Shown here: positions 26,944 through 36,160 of the stretch, piece after piece
How the letters are laid out: each line of letters starts with the position of its first letter
Position numbering within the stretch: position 1 is the stretch's first letter
Assembly: GCA_973895155.1 (NCBI GenBank)
Contig: OZ316891.1
Location: 22,271,168-22,335,167, forward strand
Direction: 5' to 3'
Length of the DNA: 64,000 bases
DNA from: Marsupella aquatica
Taxonomy: Eukaryota > Plantae > Marchantiophyta
The notes under the pieces: model-generated
Database searches by the model: none
Told to the model about the DNA's origin: nothing
The model's input: the letters and a program-made list of their open reading frames with translations, nothing else
Translations under genes and position numbers: made by a program

Positions 26944-27131
26944 AATGATTACAGCGCTTTCTCGGCCCCCGGCCCCTTCAATAGGTCCCTTCGATCCAAG
27001 GAATTTCCCAGACTTTCATTGCATAGTCTGTGTACTAAATGATTACAGCGCTTTCTCGGCCCCCGGCCCTTTCAATAGGTCCCTTCGATCCAAGGAATTT
27101 CCCAGACTTTCATTGTATAGTCTGTGTACTA
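26944..27131. repeat. Near-perfect 94-bp tandem duplication
   Basis: AATGATTACAGCGCTTTCTCGGCCCCCGGCCC...TAGTCTGTGTACTA occurs twice (26944 and 27038) with very few differences. Confidence 0.93.
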
Positions 27132-27157
27132 AAGATCTACAGGCCACGATGCGTTCA

Positions 27158-27589
27158 GAATAGGATAATGTCCTGATTAGAGTGCATTGTGGTATATAAT
27201 GCCCTGAGAAAACGAGGGCAGTAGCCCAAGTTTTGAGTGCATTTGAATGCATTATTCTCATAATGCCCTGAACTAGTACATTAATGTACATAAAAACCTT
27301 GAGTGACTTTTAGATAACAAACAAGAAAAACCTGAAATAAAAAATTTAGATTATGAAATTTGCAAAAAATATACTATTTTTAGTTATATTAGATTCTGTT
27401 CAAAGATATTTGTTAGTATCACTATATAAAATTTGGTTATCATCTTGAGATTTTGAGTTTATATGGTAAACCTTTTTTAATTTTTATTTTATTTATGGTG
27501 TTTTGTATAATCCACTCCTAAAAAAAAGGGTGCATTATGGAAAATTAATGCACTTAAAAATACAAAAAAAAGTCACGAAAATCTTTACG
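27158..27589 (+). mobile_element. AT-rich dispersed repeat, copy 2
   Basis: Same orientation and collinear blocks as 12324-12760. Confidence 0.7.
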
Positions 27590-28090
27590 AATAAAGAGAA
27601 AGTACGATGTCAAAACTTGGTTTTGCTAAAAATTATCGAAAGAGGATAGTGCACCCGAAACTATTGCCATAATTCAAGGTACAGATCATTTTACAATCAG
27701 CAAATCCAGGCTCTAAAATTTAGTGGATCCCCAACAAAATATACAAGGAGTGACAGAGTATGACTACGATGAAGAATTGGGTAATTGTAACCATGCAAGT
27801 AAACAATGAAAATTTTCCTGGCATGAGCAAAACAAATTCTTGCATGACCCTTATTTTTCTACATGTAACTGTCCCGTTATCAATACCTGGATGGTAACAT
27901 CTCTTTTGGAGACTCCCTTTTTGCTAGCAAGCTCACTCGCCATTTGGAGTCTTTAAAAAAAATACAAAAAATTGTAAAAGGCACCAAAAAGAAACTATTT
28001 GGAGCCATTATTGTCTCGCTATCAAAATCTTCTCTCTCTCTATCAAAACCTCCGGTTTGCTGGGCAACATAGAATAGCTCCGAAGAATTC

Positions 28091-29656
28091 TCAATAAACG
28101 TATCTAAACTCGACATTCTCCCTATCCGTCAAGTTCCCCCACGTATCCTCCAGTGAATTGAGCTCCACGCCTTCGCTTCCCAACTTCTTCTGTCGTCGCT
28201 CCTTCTGCCGATTCGCCCACATGTAATAATACACAAACAGCACCACCGTTAACGCTGCTCCGCTCGCCTGCGTAGCGAGCACTGTCATCTTCGCAGGACG
28301 GTACTGCGGTGCGTCCTTCGCTCGAAAGGTCTGTGGCCCGATTATGCTTCCCACCGAAAAAGCCCCGACGAGCAACGTACTGCCCACAGCTCGCTTCGTG
28401 TGCCCGGCCACATTCGCCATCGTCCACTGATAGAGAATCATTGGAGCCGCGGTGATGGCGTTGATGAGATAAATGCCTGCGAGCTGGGCTGCCTTGTTCG
28501 ATGTCGGAGCGAATGTCAGCAGACAACCGGCGATGATCCCGCAGCTGCAGCATGCGATCACCCAGAACCAGCGATGCCCGTTCTTGATGAATCGGGCGCC
28601 GTAGCCAACGGTGAGCATGCTGAGGATGGAGACCACTCCAGAGGGCATGTTCAGGAGCGCAGCGAGCTTCGGCTTGTATCCCAGGTTGCGGATTAGTGTG
28701 GAAGAGTAACTGCTGACCACGCCGGAGGAGGTGGAGACCAAGATGGTAATGAGCGTCAGCAGCCACATTTGCAAGTCGAGCAGCAATTCAATGAGCTGCG
28801 AAGGCTTGAAGTGGCGGTTCTCGATCCCCGTCCGGTTCTCGCCCACGTGGTTCAGCAGCGCTATTTTCTGCGTTTTGCTCATCCACTTTGCTTTCATCGG
28901 GGTGTCCGGCAGAATCCATCCCGTGAGCACTCCGATGGGCACCGTCACAAGGCCCAGCACGAGGAACATGAGTCTCCAGCCATTGAGGCTCGCCCTGGGA
29001 TCGACATGCTGGAATGCGAACGATATTAGACCCCCGACTATCTGCCCGAAGCCGAGCCCGCAGTGCCAAATGCTGAACCGGGGTGCTTGCTCGCTGCGAG
29101 TGTAGTATTGCGATGAAATCAGCATTAGTAAAGGCACAAAAACTGATTCGAAGATCCCAAGGAAGATGCGCGCGACGAGAAGAGTGGAGTAGTCGGTTGC
29201 TGCGGCTGTGCAGGCTGTGGTGATCCCCCAAGCGATGACGTTGGCGCAGAGCCATTTCGCCGCTGGAAGTTTTTGGACGATGTAGCCGTTCGGCACTTCG
29301 GCAATTAGATAGGCGACGAAGACGGCAGTGGATGCGTTGGAGAAATCATTGCCTCTTAGATGCAGGTCCTTGTTGAGGCCCATCACGGCTGAATAATTGA
29401 GGAGTACTTTGTCGAGGAACTGCATCGTGTAGCAGACGAACATGATTGGCATGATTCGCCCGTCGATTTTCCTCCTGAGCGCTGCGAGGTTGACCACTCT
29501 TGAGGTGTCGACTTCGCCAGCATTGCAAGCGGTTTGCATGTACTTGTATGCGTTGTCAAGGTCGCTGCTGTTCCAACCGGGGCTGATGTGGGATGCCACA
29601 GCTGGTGTTCCTTCCGGGGACTGCAACGTCAACTGTTGAGGTATCGTCGTCGCCAT
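28091..29656 (-). CDS. Intronless MFS permease of the fungal allantoate permease (Dal5; anion:cation symporter) family, Thi73-like, 521 aa
   Basis: Single 521-codon ORF with about 12 hydrophobic segments. Motifs typical of fungal Dal5-family permeases: LRRKIDxRIMP, QFLDKxLLNY, LxGNDFSN, RIFLGIFES, YYTRSEQAPR, GWRLMF, LPDTPMKAKW, HxxENRTGIENRHFK, NVAGHTKR, IIGPQTFRAKDAPQYRPAK and C-terminal LTDRENVEFRYVY. Confidence 0.92.
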   Translation of the reverse strand: MATTIPQQLTLQSPEGTPAVASHISPGWNSSDLDNAYKYMQTACNAGEVDTSRVVNLAALRRKIDGRIMPIMFVCYTMQFLDKVLLNYSAVMGLNKDLHLRGNDFSNASTAVFVAYLIAEVPNGYIVQKLPAAKWLCANVIAWGITTACTAAATDYSTLLVARIFLGIFESVFVPLLMLISSQYYTRSEQAPRFSIWHCGLGFGQIVGGLISFAFQHVDPRASLNGWRLMFLVLGLVTVPIGVLTGWILPDTPMKAKWMSKTQKIALLNHVGENRTGIENRHFKPSQLIELLLDLQMWLLTLITILVSTSSGVVSSYSSTLIRNLGYKPKLAALLNMPSGVVSILSMLTVGYGARFIKNGHRWFWVIACCSCGIIAGCLLTFAPTSNKAAQLAGIYLINAITAAPMILYQWTMANVAGHTKRAVGSTLLVGAFSVGSIIGPQTFRAKDAPQYRPAKMTVLATQASGAALTVVLFVYYYMWANRQKERRQKKLGSEGVELNSLEDTWGNLTDRENVEFRYVY

Positions 29657-30944
29657 TGGAAGCTTTTTGAATTTTCTTCAATGCTATGTCGAGGTCGCTG
29701 CTGCTGTTCCTGCTGGCATGGTATTGTGTGAGATAATGCCACAACTGCCGAAGTTGTGTGGACAGTGATGAAAGAACCTTCTCCTCGGGGGTACAGTACC
29801 ACTTGATTTGGGTGGCGACGGATTGCGGAACAATTCAGAAGGGATTGGCTTCAATTGTACCCCCAAAAACAGTCGTTCCAGGTAATCATCTGTCTCTCCC
29901 AACAAGCCTTGAGAGCGCGATGAAGAAATTCTGCACAAAAGACTGGACGCAAGCACAATGTTGACCTCCGTTCCATCGGCTTCTTTGGCTTTCTCAAAAG
30001 CACGTCATTCTCTCTGGAGACTAGTGCAGCGTAGAAAGGAGTTCTCTCAACTGTTCAGCAATCTTGCACATTTGAGCGAATTAACCACCTTTTCGAAAGC
30101 CTGAACGAAAGCAAGAAAGAATGATGCGCGACTTGCAACAAGAATTGGCGCAGTCAACAACAGTCAGAACAGCCAGAAGCTGACAGACATGCGAAACGAA
30201 AAGCCAGAAAGCACATTTTGGCTCGAGACTGAGCGAATCTCTCAATGATCAATGCTACTTTCGCAATTGTCAATGCATCTCTCATTTAACATTTTCGGTC
30301 AGGATTCTGGGGTTCTCCTGCAGTAATTGGAGGAATCGAAGGGCAGAGTGTATCTGACCATCACCGTTACCTTCTAAGGTCGCAGTTCTGGGCTCTAGCA
30401 ATTTAAACTTCATTCTCTCACTCGCAAATGACTGTACAGCTGAAGTGCACTTTTTCTTCTCTAATCCCCTCCGAATAAGAAATTGTTGACGTATTCGCAC
30501 CTTATCCGTCAATGAACTCCTCTCCTCCTCTCTGATGTACGGGAACTTTTCTTTGCAGAAACGATCCTTTGACCTGGCTGGACTGGGAATTCTTCGATGA
30601 AGAAAGATTGCTTTGACTTGACTTGACTTGACTGATCAATGAACTGAAAATCGAGTCGTCGAGGACGAGCTTGAGTTCTCCTGCTCCAATTCTCCGACAT
30701 TTGGCCGAAAATTGTTCCAAATTGTCCGACATCTTGCCTAGCTGCCTATGTCGTTGCCTAGTATGGTCCCGAGTATGGTCCTTTCGGCGGCTGACGTCTG
30801 GTCGTGGGCGGGCTTTGTCTCACAAGCTGCCCTTCTCGCTGTTTTCATTTATGGAATGAAGTGCAATTGTCAAGCCTTCCTTATTTTAGTGCCTTTTGTG
30901 AAAGCAGTATAATACTCATCTAGAGTATATTATATCTACTACTT

Positions 30945-31180
30945 TCTCTACACATTTGCGGGAATCTAAATCTTTTTTGGCACTGATTTGGCAGCCGTTT
31001 CCTCAAATTCTCTTCATGGTGGTGTTGAGCCGACGTGCCTTGGCTCTGTAGCACTAATAATTCTCTTCGTAGTGGTTGCACCCAACCCTGTGGTACAGGC
31101 TATGCACCTGTGTTAGCCAATTCTCTTCAGGGACTTGCTTGTGTGACCGACTTAGCGCTCTTCACACTAGTGTGCACTTA
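30945..31180 (+). repeat. Right copy of the ~200-bp diverged direct repeat bounding the MFS block
   Basis: CACATTTGCG...GGCACTGATTTGGCAGCCGTTTCCTCAAATT...ATGGTGGTGTTGAGCCGACGTGCCTTGGCTC...AGCACTAATAA...TTCTCTTCAGGGACTT...TGTGCACTT. Confidence 0.88.
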
Positions 31181-32269
31181 ACGTGCCCGGGAAATTGACT
31201 TGCGACTCACCTCTCAAATTTTCTCATTTGTGTGCAACCAACATGCTTGCGCTATTGACCTCACATAGTTCGTAGAAGAGGAAAATGCACTCTTCGGTAT
31301 CATGACTGGTGATGCAGTAGTGCCAATGAAAGCTTGGCGAGACTGCTCTTCATCCAAGCTAGTCTTCACCTGAGGTCACATTACCTGCCACATTCTGTGA
31401 CACTTTTCAAGTTTAGGGTTTTAGGGTCACAGAACACAATAGTGGTCAAGCTTAGGGTTGAACAAAAACCAAGGGAACAACAAGCACACACAGTGCAAAA
31501 CTTACAAGCTATCAAACAGGTTAAAACCTGCTTTTGCTTTCCACGTCTAGACTTCTTATTTTCAATGAAGGGAAATCAACTGTGAACAAACTGCGCACCT
31601 GGTTTGCAGGCGAGGAATTTCTCGGCTTTACATTTTGTATTTTTCATACAAACTCCTACAAGTACTGCAAGTATCTGAAGCACTGAACACATATTAAACC
31701 CATACCCGAGATGGTTTGTAGCAGCCCAGAGCTGAAATTGGAGCAAATCTAGAAAATATATTATGATCACCTCAGGAAACTTCACCGGTTGACAAGGTCT
31801 AAGTACAACTGACTCAAATCTTGGGAACTCAGAGCCAATCCATGTCATTCGCAGGGCACAGGGGCAGTTCATCAACTGACAAATTCATAGCTGCACGATT
31901 GATGTGCGTTACAAGTTCTTGATGAGCGTAGAAAAAGAAAAAACATAATTGATGTGCCAAAGGACAGGACGCCAATCAAAACTTGAGCTAAGAATTGACA
32001 GAGGCGTTTGTTGACTTCATATCATGGTACAGTAAGGATTTGAATACCGTCGACGATTTCATTGCAAGTGAAATGTGGATGACTCAGAAGTGAGAGTGAT
32101 TCTGCGGAAATACGAATCAGAACCAGAACTATATGATCGTACCTAGCTTGGTTCCCTGCAGCTTGAAGAGAAAGACAGGGATGCATGAGCTCTCATTCTA
32201 ACCTTGAATGACGTGAAAGGAACCGAAAAGAAAAGCCCCTGACGAAGGAAGAGCCACAAAAGCAAAGAA

Positions 32270-32510
32270 GCTCAGTGGCCAGGAATTCTTAGCTCACGCA
32301 GGAGAAATGACATTCTTTAGAGGTTTGAAAAGAGCAACAAAGCTCAGTAGTGAGGGAATCTCACCTCACAAAATAGTACTCATACTCGAGACATGACGTT
32401 TTTAAGAGGATTGAAAAGGAGAAACAAAATTTACTGGCGAGGGAATCTCATCTCACAAAATACCACTCATACACGAGACGTGGCATACTTTAGAGGTTTG
32501 AATAGAGCTA
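32270..32510. repeat. Degenerate tandem repeat, unit ~87 bp, ~2.5 copies
   Basis: Recurring TTTAGAGGTTTGAA.AGAGC and GAGGGAATCTCA.CTCACAAAATA..ACTCATAC.CGAGAC. Confidence 0.75.
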
Positions 32511-33043
32511 TTCAGCCAGTTGTTCGTACACTCTGGGGCCAGAGGAAAGGTTCAAAAACTGTTGCGATTCCTGTCGAGCAAGACTGAAGAAAGACAATTG
32601 ACCCATCTTCTCTTTCTCTGTGGTCCGCAAAGTCAAAACTCTTCTGGGGCTTGGGAAGGGACTCAAGATTGATACAAACCTTGACTCCGTATACTTACAG
32701 TGTAATGTCAATTCCCAAGGTGTACCAGGGGGTCCAGTTTCAAAGGATTTCATAGTGGCCAAGAACTGATGTGGGCTGTGGCAGATCGCAGGTCTACTAT
32801 TCTCCTCATAGTAGGCAACAGGGAGGATGGGATATTGAGTCAAAGAAATCAAGCCCACAATCGGTCACATTCCCGAATCCACGGGATGCTGAAAAGGGGA
32901 CAATAGTCAAGAGTTGAAAAAGATGCTGGGAAAAGTTTTACATTGGAAATTTTCTGTGCTACCGTGCAACTTTTCGTTGACACAGATCAAATCTTTATGA
33001 CAATTAGACCTTATATAACAGCCACTCTTTTTGAAAGCAGGCC

Positions 33044-33205
33044 CACCACACCTCTCAGCTTGAGTTTCAGATGACCACTTGGAAGTATTATTCTATGAAT
33101 ATTGACTCAACCGTTTACGTAAGACACCACACCTTTGTGCTTGAGTTTCAGATGGCTACTTGGAAGCATTATTCTATAAATATTAAGTCTACAGTCTACA
33201 TGAGA
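33044..33205. repeat. ~80-bp tandem duplication
   Basis: CACCACACCT.....GCTTGAGTTTCAGATG...ACTTGGAAG.ATTATTCTAT.AATATT occurs twice. Confidence 0.85.
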
Positions 33206-33726
33206 GATCCTGGAGAACCCAATAAAAGCGACAGGCTAAACTCCTCACTTGAGTGGGTTTGAGCTCTCTTTTCGGGTAGCAATTTCTGCCACCACAGTCG
33301 TTTGCTGTCATAGGATGCCAATCACTAGACTAGGCTCTTAGCTTTTACGAAGTGCAGGGTAGTTGAATTGCCAGACTTTGGAGCTATCTTGCATGTAGAT
33401 GGCTCCAAATAACTAGGGCCCTCAAAACTCACTCAATTTCTGGGATAAGGCCTTGAGCACAGGATCACAGGATGGCTTGTCTTTCTTTTTCACATGTTGG
33501 GACTGCATGGGTCGGGAAGTTTGTGGACTTTGGCCTTGGTTTTGCACCTCAGCAGCCGTTGAGTCTGGCAGATGAGGTGTTTCAGACACAATTTTCTCCA
33601 CAAGTATATGGTGCCAAAAAATAGGTTTAGTGCTAAAAGTTGGAGTTGCATACAAGCAAGACAGCTCTTAGGGGCATGGGAGGCATTTGGTGTGAAGGCC
33701 AACAGCACTTATGGTCCTATAGACAT

Positions 33727-34136
33727 AACCAGTGACGCCCAATTGACACCGATACAAAGATACATGATTCACCCTATCTAGGCTAAATCCACGGCCAAGA
33801 GAAGAAATCATTATGCACAATCCAATACAAAACACAATAGCTTGACAAGCTCACAAATGATTCTATGAGAGTTACTCTCCTCTCTCTAGAGTCTCCTACC
33901 CTTGAAGACTGATCTCTAGTGTGAGCTCAATGAAGTGTCACTCCAGGGTAAACCTGCTCTCCAATAGTCCTGGTTAGGTTAACTACACTCTCATAGAACC
34001 ATTTGTGAGCTTGTCAAGCTATTGTGTTTTGTATTGGATTGTGCATAGTGATTTCTTCTCTTGGCCGTGGATTTAGTCTAGATGGGGTGAATCATGTATC
34101 TTTGTATCGGTGTCAATTGGACGTTGTACACTGGTT
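33727..34136. mobile_element. Foldback/MITE-like element with ~140-bp inverted arms and a ~115-bp spacer
   Basis: 33740-33872 (CAATTGACACCGATACAAAGATACATGATTCACCC...CTTGACAAGCTCACAAATG.TTCTATGAGAGT) is the near-exact reverse complement of 33987-34120. Confidence 0.85.
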
Positions 34137-35580
34137 CCATGTGAAATTGTGTTGTTCAATATTTCCACAGGATATGCAACAAATGGGGAGCTCCCACATT
34201 CAGACTCCCCATGTCCATCCCTACACACAAGCATAGTCTAAATATCCATAATTTGACGAGAGCAATTGCGACAGCTGGCTTCCTATACTTGTCCTTACTC
34301 ACATTTAAAGTCTAAATATCCAAAATCCACTTAGATACATAGTCTAAATAACCAAAATTCCTTTAATCAGATAAATTAGTGCCAATGGCTTCACTGTACA
34401 GACTAGGTCATGATTGGTACATGTCACTCATGAATTTTAGTACATATCTAATGAATAAACCAAGGAAGGTACAAGGGGTGGTCCACAAGGGGGCACGCCA
34501 GGAGGTCATGAGCCGTTCTATACCTGCTTTGCTTCTGAAAGTAAATTGTGCCCTACAAAATGGAGGCAAGGGGTGTCCCCACCTATGCATTGAGTGTGAT
34601 GAAGCAAAAACAAAATGAGCTCATACTAAAATGATTGATACATCAATTTCTTTCATTCACCTGGAAAATGGAAAGAAAGCCACTAGGTAGGAGCTTCTAC
34701 ATCAAATAGTGTTAGCTTTCTCCTGACTTTTTAGGATGGACTTTTATAATGGCCGGTGGCGTCCTGGATACTCTTATCCAATGTGTCACTATATTGTATG
34801 CTCTCCTAATAGTTTGTGCGTTCTTCTACACCCGTGATTACTTTTGGTCTCATATGGTCACTTGAGAAGAAAACTGGTCATTATTTACAAGAAGGGGAAA
34901 ACAAAATACAATGATGCGTAAGCAACAGAGGTCCAAAGGGGGAAAACTCGAAACATTAAAGCATCCCCAAATGCAAAGGTGTACTTGTCTGGTAGCTTAA
35001 GGTTTGTATACGTTACTTATTGCATTTGTCTTGGGCTCCTCATGTCACTTTGTCTTAACCTTTGAGTTCCAGTTGTTGCAAAGTAAGAGGCCAAAGAAAT
35101 GATCCACCACATGAAGATCCTCTGAAAGTTTGGGATATGCATTCATTTACGTGAGCAAAGAGGAAACAGGAGCTTTGTTGATATCAAAAACAGGAAAATG
35201 ATGCAGTACCATTTTGGGTTAGGGAAGTCTAGAATTTAGGGTTTGCACTTTACATCCTAGTAGTAAGGCTACCTCGGTAAGGTTGTCGGGTTTGGTTTTG
35301 GTTTTCCTCGGCTTATTAGAAACAAGTACACTGTTTCCCTCCATTGGTCTCGTGTAAGAATTAGTGTTACTTCCAAATTAGTGTTAGTAACATTATTTTT
35401 GGTGAACTGACTTCCAGTCAAAAGTAACACTAATTCCTGTCTGTCTGCAAAATTGCCTTTATGTCACTTTGTGGTTTAAGCTCCAAGCAAATACATAATG
35501 CTTCAGCTTAGTGCGCCTAACACTAATAGCACTGAATAGTGTATGTTCCTCAACACAACCATTCAAAGTGATATAGCTTT

Positions 35581-36160
35581 ACAGCTTTTTACTAAACTAC
35601 CCCCCAAACTGAAAATTATTACAAACCTGCCCCCAAAACTAAATTATTTAGTAGACTGCCCCCCAAACTGTATCCTGTTATTTTTAACTCAACTACTTGA
35701 CCACAGCTGTGTTCCCATTGGCTGTCAAGCAACCAGAGTTGCCCGATCCCTCTCTCCCATTGCTGGCCCTTCATATTCATTGTTCGACCCTGAACTGTTA
35801 CAGCTCAAAAATGCCAACATTTTGGTGCTGTTTCCCGAAGAAAATGAGGGCTGCGACTTGGGCCCGGGTAGGTGTTGGGTCCAAGTGGGACCTGGATGGT
35901 TGCACTTCACTTCAGGCCCTGATGGTAGCATTGCACCTTAGGCCCCAACAAGGCTATGGACTGCGTGAAAGTGGATGAGGGTTAGCTTCACCTTAGGTAA
36001 TCGCCTCTGGTTACTGACAGCCAATGGGAAGACAGTGTGGTAGAGTATTTGGGTTTAAAGTAACACAAAACAGTTGGGGGGGCAGCCTAAGAAATAATTT
36101 AGTTTTGGGGGTGAATTTGTAATAAGGATGAGTTTGGGGGGCAGTTTAGTAAAAAATTGT
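35581..36160. mobile_element. MITE with long (~155-bp) imperfect terminal inverted repeats, Mutator-like architecture
   Basis: Left arm TTTTTACTAAACTACCCCCCAAACT...CCCCCAAAACTAAATTATTT...TTCCCATTGGCTGTCA.GCAACCAGAG. Right arm CTCTGGTTACTGACAGCCAATGGGAA...AAATAATTTAGTTTTGGGGG...AGTTTGGGGGGCAGTTTAGTAAAAA. No clear target-site duplication identified. Confidence 0.8.

Noticed and set aside
25960-31180. Calling the cassette an LTR retrotransposon
   Set aside because: No gag/pol, primer-binding site, polypurine tract, TG..CA termini or TSD could be identified. It is kept only as a direct-repeat-bounded block.
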